Below are positions 1 through 9,135 of a stretch of 64,000 nt of DNA, one piece after another. The notes beneath the pieces were generated by a model. The model saw nothing but the letters and a program-made list of their open reading frames with translations. It was not told the DNA's origin and did not search any database. The position numbers were made by a program, and so were the translations under genes. The stretch is from Patescibacteria group bacterium (GTDB lineage Bacteria > Patescibacteriota > Patescibacteriia > PEXW01), in assembly GCA_041671325.1 (NCBI GenBank), contig JBAZBR010000001.1, positions 89,771-153,770 of the forward strand. Direction: 5' to 3'. Numbering within the stretch: the stretch's first letter is position 1; each line of letters starts with the position of its first letter.

Positions 1-108
1 TTAAAACGTCTTCGTGAGGTAAGTTTTGAATACTCGCACGTTAGAGAGCGCGCTTTTGATTTATTGAACTCGAGCGTACCTTTTAAGGTGCGCTCGTTCG
101 CAATTTAA
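1..108 (+). CDS. Possible 3' end of a gene entering from upstream of the window
   Basis: Frame 1 is open from base 1 to TAA at 106-108 (LKRLREVSFE...RSFAI*) and is followed by a hairpin at 123-146. Confidence 0.3.
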   Translation, partial: LKRLREVSFEYSHVRERAFDLLNSSVPFKVRSFAI

Positions 109-151
109 AAACCAAAAAGAAAACCGGCACTCATTGAGCGCCGGTAAAGAA

Positions 152-664
152 TCATGACTGAACAAAATCGTGGCTGCCGATTTGTTTGCCGCAGATGTGG
201 CATAAATAGTTTGCGCCGGCAGAGCCAGAAAGTACACCAAAATCACTATAGCCTTTTGCAATCGGGGTGCCTTTGACCCAACCACAACCAGTTCGGGAGT
301 CTTTGCTATGGGGCTTTCGACAAAGGTAGGCTTGCTCGCCATTTTTAGCATTGGCTTGTTTCGGATCATCCCAGTCGGTTTTTTTGAGGGTAAATCTGCT
401 CCCGTCGCTTGAACTAAGGTCAGCTAGGCGATTGGCCACTAAGCCCACTTCTCGGGCTAAAACCAGAGCAGCGGCAATAATTTGTTTGTTAATTTTATCA
501 ATTTTTTTCTGGAGAGCTCTTGCCAAGCCGGCTTGGGTCTTTTGTAGTGCGGTAATGTCGGCATGGTCTTGAGCTTTCAGCGCTCGGATCCTTTGAATAA
601 TATCCGTGCCTTCGAAAGGGCTAATACCAGGATTGTCATAGTACGATGCATCGTGTATTCCCAC
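152..664 (-). CDS. Hypothetical protein, coiled coil plus C-terminal Cys-rich putative zinc ribbon
   Basis: 170-aa ORF, GTG start with AAGGAG SD; YLCRKPH...GCGW...YLCHICG motifs. Confidence 0.7.
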   Translation of the reverse strand: MGIHDASYYDNPGISPFEGTDIIQRIRALKAQDHADITALQKTQAGLARALQKKIDKINKQIIAAALVLAREVGLVANRLADLSSSDGSRFTLKKTDWDDPKQANAKNGEQAYLCRKPHSKDSRTGCGWVKGTPIAKGYSDFGVLSGSAGANYLCHICGKQIGSHDFVQS

Positions 665-799
665 GTTTTCTCCTTTGTTTGGTTTTATTAGGTTTTCTAC
701 ACTTTAGGAGGTTAAACTTGGCTCGTCAAGAGATGGCAATATGCTAAACTTTTAATGAGGTTTTATTAAATAAGTGCGGCTTAATTTCAGTACTTTACC

Positions 800-895
800 T
801 GTCATTGCGAGCGACGAATCTGTGAGGAGCGCGGCAATCTCCTTAATGTTGTGAGATTGCTACGTCTCTGCCTACGGCAGATCCTCGCAATGACA
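800..895. repeat. Complete GTCATTGCGAG...CTCGCAATGAC palindromic (REP/RPE-like) element
   Basis: Terminal inverted repeat TGTCATTGCGAG/CTCGCAATGACA, internal GCAATCTC/GAGATTGC pair; half copies at 18864 and 34797. Confidence 0.8.
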
Positions 896-904
896 TAAAG
901 AAAT

Positions 905-1744
905 ATGCTCATCGATACCCACGCCCATCTAAATTTTAACGCCTATAAGGAGGATATTGACCAGGTCATTAGCCGGACTTTAAACGCAGGCATGAAAGTC
1001 GTTAATGTTGGGTCGCAATTTTCTACCAGTAAAAGGGCAGTTGACATGACCCAGAAATACCCAGGTCAAATGTATGCGGCCGTGGCTTTGCATCCCATCC
1101 ATTTGCACGAAACTTATGTGGATGAAGTGGAGATTCCTTTTAAAAGCCGGGAAGAAAAATTTGTGGAAGCTGATTATGAAAAATTAGCCAAAGAAAAAGG
1201 CGTGGTGGCCATAGGGGAATGCGGTTTGGATTATTTCCATATGCCCGAAGGCTTGGATGAAAAAGAATTTACCAATAAACAAAAAGAAGTTTTCATCCAG
1301 CACATCGATTTGGCTAAAAAATTGAATTTACCCATAATCCTGCATTGTCGTTCAACCAAAGTGGACCCGGATCGGGCGTATTTGGAAATGTTGGAGGTTT
1401 TAAAACAGGAGAATTTTAATAACGCGGTTATTCACTGCTACACAGCCAGCTTGGAAGTAGCAAAAAAATATTTAGAAGCGGGTTTCATGATTTCTTTTAC
1501 CGGCATAATTACTTTCCCCAATGCTAAAACTTTATGGCCAGTAGTTGATTTTGCGCCAATGGATAGGATTATGGTTGAAACTGACGCGCCATACTTGGCA
1601 CCCCAAACTGTTAGAGGCAAACGTAATGAGCCTTTGTATGTTAGATACGTGGCGGAAAAAATTGCAGAACTAAAAAGTATCAGTTTTAATCAAGTCGAGG
1701 AAAAAACTACTGAAAATGCTATTAAGTTTTTTAATTTAAAATAG
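905..1744 (+). CDS. tatD: TatD family DNase/hydrolase
   Basis: IDTHAHL, AIGECGLDY, ILHCR, IHCY and VETDAPYLAP motifs. Confidence 0.95.
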   Translation: MLIDTHAHLNFNAYKEDIDQVISRTLNAGMKVVNVGSQFSTSKRAVDMTQKYPGQMYAAVALHPIHLHETYVDEVEIPFKSREEKFVEADYEKLAKEKGVVAIGECGLDYFHMPEGLDEKEFTNKQKEVFIQHIDLAKKLNLPIILHCRSTKVDPDRAYLEMLEVLKQENFNNAVIHCYTASLEVAKKYLEAGFMISFTGIITFPNAKTLWPVVDFAPMDRIMVETDAPYLAPQTVRGKRNEPLYVRYVAEKIAELKSISFNQVEEKTTENAIKFFNLK

Positions 1745-1827
1745 TCAAGGGCAAATAATTGACGTTTTCATTTCATGATGATATTTTGGAATCGTCAACG
1801 ATAATCAAATTCATTTAAGGAGGGTTT

Positions 1828-2016
1828 ATGCGCTGGTACGCTGTCACAATTGGTAGAATAAGAAACGGGGTAGTGGTACGTAAATCAGTCAGAGGGATTC
1901 ATGTTGAAACAGAAAAAAGGAATCCAAAGTCCGCCAGGGAGTTGGCCAAGGAACAGATGAGGAGAGGCGAAAGAATACTCAAGGTCAACGAGGTCGGTGG
2001 CGAGAGCGGCGGTTAA
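1828..2016 (+). CDS. Small basic hypothetical protein
   Basis: 62-aa ORF with AAGGAGG SD, upstream TTGACG..TATTTT promoter-like boxes and a downstream hairpin (2037-2061). Confidence 0.6.
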   Translation: MRWYAVTIGRIRNGVVVRKSVRGIHVETEKRNPKSARELAKEQMRRGERILKVNEVGGESGG

Positions 2017-2145
2017 AAGTCAACATGTTCATAATATAGGTTGCCTATGCAGGCAGCCTATTGTTTAAAGTTAATTTATGATTGACTTTTTTTAAATAAA
2101 AATCTAGTTTTAATCTATAAACCGATCATTCACAAGGAGGTCGTT

Positions 2146-2526
2146 GTGGCCAAACGCAGAAAACACCCGATTCGTTTTAAGCGATTAAGTTGCCCGCAAG
2201 CAAGAGAGATTATCGCTAAGACTCTTAAAGAATCAATTTTCTTAATGGAGTTCTATCGCTTGCGCCAGCATCTGCGGCATTGCTCAGAATGCTTTAGTTT
2301 TTGGGAGAGAATCTGGAAAGGGGTAATAAGCATAACCCTTAAGAGTTATTTAATTACTAAGGGTTATCGGGATCGGAATTATGTCCCGCTCTATATAACT
2401 CGTGATTTTTCACCCGAGACTTTAAAGGAATTGGAGACTGGCCAGCTAACCAAAACCGAGACAAGATTGGTTAAACGCCGTCTTCGTCTATGGTCAAAAC
2501 AGAACTCATCGTGTAATAAAACATAG
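2146..2526 (+). CDS. Hypothetical protein with zf-HC2 (anti-sigma-type) zinc-finger motif
   Basis: AAGGAGG SD plus GTG; LSC...HLRHCSEC matches C...HxxxCxxC. Confidence 0.65.
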   Translation: MAKRRKHPIRFKRLSCPQAREIIAKTLKESIFLMEFYRLRQHLRHCSECFSFWERIWKGVISITLKSYLITKGYRDRNYVPLYITRDFSPETLKELETGQLTKTETRLVKRRLRLWSKQNSSCNKT

Positions 2527-2704
2527 TTAAATTCTTCAATCCCTCGAAACATATCGGGGGATTTCTTTAATATAAATACCCACCTAGGCTAAGGCTACGG
2601 AGGGTTATTAGTTTCTAATTGAAAAAGGAGGCTGATAAAAAATAACCCACCTTCCTCCAAAGGTGGGTAAATCAAGTAAAAGTTCAATTTTTTTTCAGTG
2701 TAAG

Positions 2705-2905
2705 CTACCAGTGACCATGCTCGCGACCCCTAGGGATCTTTCCGCCATTGCGGCCGTGTCTGGAGGATGCTCGGCCAGGAAATTTTTTTAACGAGGACCT
2801 TCCTCTTCTTCCTCCGCGCCGCTTTGGCGGGCCGAATTTGTAGTCGACAAGGGCCGGTACTGGACTCTCAGGCTTTTTAGTCGCCTGTTGCTTAACACTG
2901 GCCAT
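2705..2905 (-). CDS. Small Arg/Gly/Lys-rich hypothetical protein
   Basis: ATG at 2905 preceded by AAGGAGG; KRRGGRRGR low-complexity tract; hairpin at 2645-2668 downstream. Confidence 0.55.
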   Translation of the reverse strand: MASVKQQATKKPESPVPALVDYKFGPPKRRGGRRGRSSLKKFPGRASSRHGRNGGKIPRGREHGHW

Positions 2906-3033
2906 GTAAGCCTCCTTGGCCTTTTTAAGGGTGGGTAGGTATATTCCGGAATTCATAAATTAACATCTCAGCTAAAAAAATGCAAGCGCCCCATAGCCTT
3001 TTCACCAGAGCTTTTTTAAGATAAGCTTAGTCT

Positions 3034-4095
3034 ATGGAGATATTAATTATTATTTTAATTGCCTTAGTTTTAATCGGAATTGGGGTAATCATTATTCGCG
3101 GGAATAAAAGCGGAACCGATACCGGCTCTAATGAAAAGCTTATCCGTTTGGAAGAAAGGTTGGCCCAGTTGAATGAAAAAAACACGGAAATGACTCGGGT
3201 TATGGATACCAAATTGGGTGAATCTACTCGGGCCATGCAAGAGCAATTCGGCCATTCCACCAAGATTGTCAAAGACGTGACTGAACGTTTAACCCGTTTG
3301 GATGAAACCAACAAGCAAGTTTTGAATTTTTCCGATCAACTTAAAAATTTGCAAGATATTTTGACTAATCCCAAGCAACGGGGGATTTTGGGTGAATATT
3401 TTTTAGACACGGTTTTGAAAAATGTCTTACCGCCGAATTCCTACCAGATGCAATATAAGTTCAAAGACGGGGAAATCGTTGACGCGGTGGTGAAAATTAA
3501 AGGCAAACTAGTGCCCGTGGATTCCAAGTTCAGTTTGGAAAATTATAACCGTTTGGCGGCCACCCACATTGAAAGCGAACGTAAAGTTTTGGAAAAGGCT
3601 TTTGTCAATGACTTAAAAATGCGGATCCAGGAAACCGCCAAATATATCCGGCCGAATGAAGACACCATGGATTTCGCTTTCATGTTTATCCCTTCCGAAG
3701 CTATTTATTATGACTTGCTGGTCAATAAAATCGGCGCCATCACTGATGATACGGAAAATTTAATCCAACGTGCGGCTTCCAAATATCACGTCATAATTGT
3801 TTCCCCAACTTCTTTTTTGGCTTATCTGCAAACCGTATTGGAAGGCTTGCGCGCCATGCAGATTGAAGAATCAGCCAAGGAAATTAGGAAAAATGTGGAA
3901 TTGCTGGGCAAGCATATTGGAAGTTATGATGCTTATATGCAGAAATTGGGGAATCACTTGGGTACAACCGTAAACACCTACAACACGGCTTATAAGGAAT
4001 TTAAAAAGGTTGATAAAGATATTTTGAAGATTGCCGAAGTTGGTGGGAAAATCGAACCAATGGAATTGGAAAAGCCGAAAGAGGAGCAAGATTAA
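3034..4095 (+). CDS. rmuC: DNA recombination protein RmuC
   Basis: N-terminal TM and coiled coil; KQRGILGE, VDSKFSL, KYIRP, DFAFMFIPSEAIY and IVSPTS motifs. Confidence 0.92.
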   Translation: MEILIIILIALVLIGIGVIIIRGNKSGTDTGSNEKLIRLEERLAQLNEKNTEMTRVMDTKLGESTRAMQEQFGHSTKIVKDVTERLTRLDETNKQVLNFSDQLKNLQDILTNPKQRGILGEYFLDTVLKNVLPPNSYQMQYKFKDGEIVDAVVKIKGKLVPVDSKFSLENYNRLAATHIESERKVLEKAFVNDLKMRIQETAKYIRPNEDTMDFAFMFIPSEAIYYDLLVNKIGAITDDTENLIQRAASKYHVIIVSPTSFLAYLQTVLEGLRAMQIEESAKEIRKNVELLGKHIGSYDAYMQKLGNHLGTTVNTYNTAYKEFKKVDKDILKIAEVGGKIEPMELEKPKEEQD

Positions 4096-4174
4096 TAATT
4101 ATTTCTACAAAATAATCGTACTTGATTTTTTTGCGATTTTGTGGTAATATAAATATACAAAAATAAAAACCATT

Positions 4175-4366
4175 ATGAATATTCAAAAAATCAAAATAAT
4201 GTATAGTAATTGGCATCAGCTTTGGATCCATGGCCCAGCCCACTGGATGATTTTTGCATGTGCAATAATTGTTTTTACGTCTTTGTTTGCGTATTGCATT
4301 AATACCTCAGCGGACCAAAACAACTGGGTTGTTTCTGATGCGGTTGCACAAGTTTCAACCCGTTAA
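4175..4366 (+). CDS. Small membrane protein
   Basis: 63-aa ORF with one hydrophobic segment; TGnTAATAT promoter-like box upstream, hairpin downstream. Confidence 0.5.
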   Translation: MNIQKIKIMYSNWHQLWIHGPAHWMIFACAIIVFTSLFAYCINTSADQNNWVVSDAVAQVSTR

Positions 4367-4434
4367 AATAATTTCAATTAAATCAGGATTGCCCCAATCT
4401 TGATTTTTTTTATTACTTAAGTAAACTGAACTTA

Positions 4435-5232
4435 ATGTTAAAAGTCCAAAATTTAACGAAAAAATTCAATTCATTCACCGCGGTTGACGATGTTTCTTTT
4501 CAAGCAAACGGCGGAGAAATTTTTGGCTTGCTCGGGCCAAATGGCGCCGGCAAAACCACGACCATTAGCGTCATTGCCACGGTTTTAAGCCCGACTTCTG
4601 GCACGGCTGAGGTGGTGGGTTTTGATATTTTAAAAAATTCCGAAGCCGTCAGGCAGAATTTAGGCTTGTTGACTTCGGAAATAGGCTTGTATGACCGTTT
4701 TACCGCCCGGGAAAATTTACGCTACTTTGGCAAGTTGTACGGCATGGAAGGGGAGAAGCTGGAAGACAGGATTAATAGGCTGATTGAGATATTGGACATG
4801 AAAATGTTTGCCGACCGCCGAGCCGGCAAATTTTCCACAGGCATGAAGCAAAAAGTGGCCATTGCCAGGTCTATTATTCACGACCCCAAAGTGATTATTT
4901 TTGATGAGCCGACGGCGGGTTTGGATGTCTTGGCCGCGCAAACTGTGATTAATTACATGAAAACTGCCAGGGCTGAAGGCAAACTTGTGGTTTTATCCAC
5001 TCATGACATGACCCATGCCCAAGAACTTTGTGATCGAGTAGCAATTATGCACCGGGGAAAAATCGTGGCTCTGGATAAGCAAGAAGTGATTTTCCAAAAA
5101 ACCCAAACCCAGAATTTGGAAGAGGCTTTTTTGAAAATCATTGGTGAAGATGAAATTTCAGCTGCTAACCAAGAGCGGGAAGCGCAATTCCTGAAAAAAT
5201 CCGATAAACCCAAGAGGAGATTTGGTTTATGA
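4435..5232 (+). CDS. ABC-2 type ATP-binding protein (NatA-like)
   Basis: GPNGAGKTT Walker A, FSTGMKQKV signature, IIFDEPT Walker B. Confidence 0.9.
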   Translation: MLKVQNLTKKFNSFTAVDDVSFQANGGEIFGLLGPNGAGKTTTISVIATVLSPTSGTAEVVGFDILKNSEAVRQNLGLLTSEIGLYDRFTARENLRYFGKLYGMEGEKLEDRINRLIEILDMKMFADRRAGKFSTGMKQKVAIARSIIHDPKVIIFDEPTAGLDVLAAQTVINYMKTARAEGKLVVLSTHDMTHAQELCDRVAIMHRGKIVALDKQEVIFQKTQTQNLEEAFLKIIGEDEISAANQEREAQFLKKSDKPKRRFGL

Positions 5233-6413
5233 AAAAAGTTTTTACGGTTTTCATCAAAGAAATAATTGACAGTTTGCGCGATCGGCGCACGCTCACGACT
5301 TCCGTGCTCATGCCGATTTTACTCATGCCGGCCATTTTAATTGGCAGTATGAAATTCCAGGAAGCCCAGATAAAAAAGTCCGCAGAACAGCCGGCGATTG
5401 TGGCCATTGAAAACGCCCAAGCTTTTCCAACCCTGGTAAATTTTTTAGAAAAGCAGCCTAAGGTTACCATTAAGGCAATTCAGGATTATGCCAAAGCTTT
5501 GGATAGCGGGGAAATAAATATTTATTTGAATCCAGCCAGCGATTTTGAAAAACTGGTTAAAGATTATAAACCGGCTGAAATTCGGATAATCCAAAAAAGC
5601 TCTAATTTGGAATCAGCATCCGCCAATACAAAAGTTTTAGCAATTTTACAGGTTTTCAACCAAGAGTTGGCAGTTCAAAGGCTCCAAAAACTTGGACAAA
5701 ATCCAGAAATATTAACGGCCGTCAATCCGGTTAGCGTGGACATTGCCACGCCTGAAGAAAAGGGCGGATTTTTCCTAGGACTCTTACTGCCAATGTTCAT
5801 CGTCTTGTTTGCTATTGTCGGGGGTATGTATATTGCTATTGACGTCTCCGCCGGGGAAAAAGAAAGGAAAACCCTGGAAGCTTTAATTTTAACTCCAGTA
5901 TCCAGGTTGAAAATTGTCATGGGTAAGTTTTTAGCCGTGGCTACTACGGCCAGTACTTCCATAATTTTATCTTTAATGTCTTTATACGCGGCCTTTAGGA
6001 TGTTCCCGCCGGATTTTGGCATGGGCCAAGTCACTATTAATTTAACCCCTGGTTCAATTGGCATCATGCTGGGTATTGGCGTGATTTTAGCCATAATGTT
6101 TTCCGGTTTGTTATTGTCCGTGGCTATTTTTGCCAAGAGCTATAAAGAAGCCCAGAATTACATCACCCCGTTTTATTTATTGGCAGTCTTGCCTGTAGCC
6201 ATTTTCGCCCAACTGCCAAGTTTTAAGCCGGGCTTGGGCATGTTCGTGGTGCCAGGCGTTAACGCGGTTTTTGTCTTTAAAGAAGTCTTGATTAAAGTTT
6301 TTAATCCAGCACATATCTTAATTACTTTAATCTCTTTGCTTATTTATTCAGCCATTGCCATAATTGTAGCCAGCAAGATTTATTCCAAAGAGGGGATTTT
6401 GTTCAGGGATTAA
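5229..6413 (+). CDS. ABC-2 permease (NatB-like)
   Basis: KEIIDSLRDRRT N-terminus, AGEKERKTLEAL motif, multiple TM segments; 4-bp overlap with the ATPase gene. Confidence 0.88.
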   Translation: MKKVFTVFIKEIIDSLRDRRTLTTSVLMPILLMPAILIGSMKFQEAQIKKSAEQPAIVAIENAQAFPTLVNFLEKQPKVTIKAIQDYAKALDSGEINIYLNPASDFEKLVKDYKPAEIRIIQKSSNLESASANTKVLAILQVFNQELAVQRLQKLGQNPEILTAVNPVSVDIATPEEKGGFFLGLLLPMFIVLFAIVGGMYIAIDVSAGEKERKTLEALILTPVSRLKIVMGKFLAVATTASTSIILSLMSLYAAFRMFPPDFGMGQVTINLTPGSIGIMLGIGVILAIMFSGLLLSVAIFAKSYKEAQNYITPFYLLAVLPVAIFAQLPSFKPGLGMFVVPGVNAVFVFKEVLIKVFNPAHILITLISLLIYSAIAIIVASKIYSKEGILFRD

Positions 6414-6415
6414 AA

Positions 6416-6439
6416 AACCACCCGAATTCTCGGGTGGTT
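6416..6439. terminator. Bidirectional terminator hairpin
   Basis: AACCACCCGA-ATTC-TCGGGTGGTT between convergent genes. Confidence 0.7.
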
Positions 6440-6453
6440 CAAAGATTAGTTGT

Positions 6454-7209
6454 TTATTTTTTCTGATGAGCCAGTAATAATTTTTCCAGCTCGGCTTTTA
6501 GGTATTTGACCAGGTCCGCAAAAAGCTGGATCCGCCGATCTTGTTCGGCAGTACTCAAGCCATCACGTTGCTCGATGTTGGCGATATAATGCGGCCGCTT
6601 TTGGGTAATGTCAACTTCAAAACCCAAAGTCCGTTCATACAAAGCCAGCTCTAAGGCCCATTTGGAATTATTGTTAATCCCAGAGGTTTCAACTACCAAT
6701 GAGCCAATTTGTTGGGCCAGGTCTGGCCGGACGGCTAAATCCAGGCCTAAATCCAGAGTCTCAGCCAGGATTTTTTCAGGCTGAGCCAGTCTTTCATTGA
6801 GTACGTGGTACATCAAGGCCCAGTAGATAGCAAAGGCAAAATGGTAGTATTTCCATTTCCATATGCCTGAATTGCGTAAGCTTTCGGAAACCCGGACTTC
6901 GTTTGGCTCGAAACAATTGAATTCAATGGTATCCAAGGTCAGCATTCGAAAGGCTGGAAAAAGCCTTAAACGTGAAAGGTCCTGAAGAGCCTCCCAATTG
7001 GGTTTTACGCCAAGCCCTTCCCACTCACGGATTTTGATTAAAAATTCATCTTGGACGTTAACTTGTTTAGGTTCAGGCAGACTTTGCCTGGGCGCTTCAA
7101 TGAGCAAGGCTTTTTGCAGGATCGGGTGCATTTCTTTGGGAATACCCAAGAGGCCTTTTCTGGCCCAAAAATAGCCCAAAGTAAGATAGGGATTGAAAAG
7201 AGAAAACAT
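6454..7209 (-). CDS. Hypothetical protein
   Basis: 251-aa ORF with GAAAGGA SD; no intact catalytic motif recognised. Confidence 0.7.
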   Translation of the reverse strand: MFSLFNPYLTLGYFWARKGLLGIPKEMHPILQKALLIEAPRQSLPEPKQVNVQDEFLIKIREWEGLGVKPNWEALQDLSRLRLFPAFRMLTLDTIEFNCFEPNEVRVSESLRNSGIWKWKYYHFAFAIYWALMYHVLNERLAQPEKILAETLDLGLDLAVRPDLAQQIGSLVVETSGINNNSKWALELALYERTLGFEVDITQKRPHYIANIEQRDGLSTAEQDRRIQLFADLVKYLKAELEKLLLAHQKK

Positions 7210-7379
7210 ATTTATTGTCCTTTCAAATTGCAGGTTTTTTGTTTGTTTCCATTGAATCTAGCTTAAGCGTGAAAAATGTCAAACTTCTAACGGGGCTTGA
7301 CTTTTACCTGAATTAAGGTAGACTGATTTTTCAAACCAACATAGTTTTTAATTCATCGTGATAATGAAAGGAGGAGCGC

Positions 7380-7910
7380 TTGGCGATTAGCACGGAAGAT
7401 AGGGGAATAATCAGTTCATGGAGAAAGACCGGCGTAATTACCGAGGTGGATGGCCAAAAACTCATTAATGTCTCGCCTCATGGCGTTATAATCGTGATGT
7501 GCGGTGATGCTGATCGAGCCTTGGAGATGCTTGATTTTTTAAAGCTAAAAATCAACACTCGCCGTTTTCATCTGCGCGCCGAGGATGGAGGCCCTTTGCG
7601 CTATCATCCTAGCGTCCCGATTCCGCCAAAACTCAGGATGGACAAACAGTTGCTGGCTGGATTGCATGGCAGCCGAGGTCTGAAAAAAATCCCAACCTTG
7701 ATATTAATGGCGCATTGGCCTTGCGGTATGGCTGCGCAAATCAAGCTGGGAATTCGGGATACGGTTTGGTACACGATTCAGCTTGTTCAGATTCTCTCCG
7801 ACCTTGGTTGGGATAAGAAAAGGATCATTCCCATGTTGCACGTGGATTATTCCACGCGAATGCGTACTTATTTTATTGAGGCCAAATCCCCAGGGCAAAT
7901 CTATCAGTAA
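7380..7910 (+). CDS. Divergent beta-carbonic anhydrase-like protein
   Basis: AAGGAGG SD plus TTG; MCGDADR and AHWPCG give the CxD...HxxC zinc ligand pattern. Confidence 0.6.
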   Translation: MAISTEDRGIISSWRKTGVITEVDGQKLINVSPHGVIIVMCGDADRALEMLDFLKLKINTRRFHLRAEDGGPLRYHPSVPIPPKLRMDKQLLAGLHGSRGLKKIPTLILMAHWPCGMAAQIKLGIRDTVWYTIQLVQILSDLGWDKKRIIPMLHVDYSTRMRTYFIEAKSPGQIYQ

Positions 7911-7997
7911 ATCTACGGCCGCCAAAAGCAATGGCGGCCTTTTCTTTTTCCAAAAAATTTGATAGGATAAAAATCTAAAAATATTAAACTTAAATCC

Positions 7998-8426
7998 ATG
8001 TCCCACACCTGCCAAGCTATCGTTTTCAATTGTATCGATTTCCGCTTTCATTCCGCCATCCGGGATTTTTTAATTTCTAATGGATTGAAAGATAACTATG
8101 ATTTAGCCAGTCTGGCTGGCATTACCAAGGGTTTGGTTGAAGGAGATAAAGCCAGTTCCGAATTAATTTTAAAACAAATTGAAATATCACGGAGATTGCA
8201 CGGCGTTAAAGAAGTAATTTTAATCCACCATATGGATTGTGGCGCGTATGGCGGGCATCAGGCTTTTGAAAGTTTACAAGCCGAGCATGCTAAGCAAGCT
8301 CAGGATTTGACCTTAGCCAAAAAAATCATCCTAGAGAAATTTTCACAACTGGAAGTCAAAAAAATCATTGCCAGGATTGAAGAGAAAAACGGAGGAAACT
8401 ATATTGACTTTGAGGTATTAGACTAA
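7998..8426 (+). CDS. Small beta-class carbonic anhydrase family protein
   Basis: NCIDFR (CxDxR) and HHMDCGAYG (HxxCG) motifs. Confidence 0.8.
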   Translation: MSHTCQAIVFNCIDFRFHSAIRDFLISNGLKDNYDLASLAGITKGLVEGDKASSELILKQIEISRRLHGVKEVILIHHMDCGAYGGHQAFESLQAEHAKQAQDLTLAKKIILEKFSQLEVKKIIARIEEKNGGNYIDFEVLD

Positions 8427-8457
8427 GCCATGAATATCGCCTAAAATATTGGTAGTT

Positions 8458-9135
8458 ATGCCAACCCAATCTAGGATTATTGAAGTTAAAAACATCACAA
8501 AAATTTACACGCTGGGTGAAGTCAAAGTCCCGGCTCTGAAAGGCGTTTCCCTGCAAATCAATGAAGGGGATTTTTTAATTATCACTGGCCGGAATTGTTC
8601 TGGTAAGTCCACGCTTTTAAGGCAGTTGGGTTTGTTAGATAAACCAGATACCGGAGAAATATTTTTAGAAAACCAGGAAGTGACGAAAATGAATGAACTC
8701 GGCCGTTCACGCCTGCGACTCCGTCATTTAGGCTATATTTTCCAAGAGTACGCCCTAATTGCAGAGCTTAGTGCTTTGGAAAATGTTATTTTACCAGCCA
8801 TGATGACCGAGAAATTTTCGGTTTGCAAAAAACGAGGTATGGATTTATTAACCAAGGTCGGTTTGGATAAAAAATACAAGAATTTACCCAGACAGCTTTC
8901 CGGCGGCGAACAGCAGCGGGTGGCAATTGCCAGGGCTTTGATTAACAATCCGGTGGTCTTGTTTGCGGATGAGCCCACGGCGAATTTGGATACGGTAGCC
9001 TCCAAGGATATTTTGAATATTTTTAAAGAATTGAACGAGAGAGACAAGCACACAATCGTCATGATTACCCACGAAGAGGATGAAACCAAATATGCCAACC
9101 GACTTATTAAAATGTCTGACGGAAAAATTATATGA
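8458..9135 (+). CDS. ABC ATP-binding protein, MacB/LolD type
   Basis: GRNCSGKST, LSGGEQQRVAIARAL and ADEPTANLD; ATG 8458 preferred over TTG 8449. Confidence 0.9.
   Translation: MPTQSRIIEVKNITKIYTLGEVKVPALKGVSLQINEGDFLIITGRNCSGKSTLLRQLGLLDKPDTGEIFLENQEVTKMNELGRSRLRLRHLGYIFQEYALIAELSALENVILPAMMTEKFSVCKKRGMDLLTKVGLDKKYKNLPRQLSGGEQQRVAIARALINNPVVLFADEPTANLDTVASKDILNIFKELNERDKHTIVMITHEEDETKYANRLIKMSDGKII

Noticed and set aside
8580-8612. Walker A variant GRNCSGKS
   Set aside because: Still fits GxxxxGKS and the other ABC motifs are intact.
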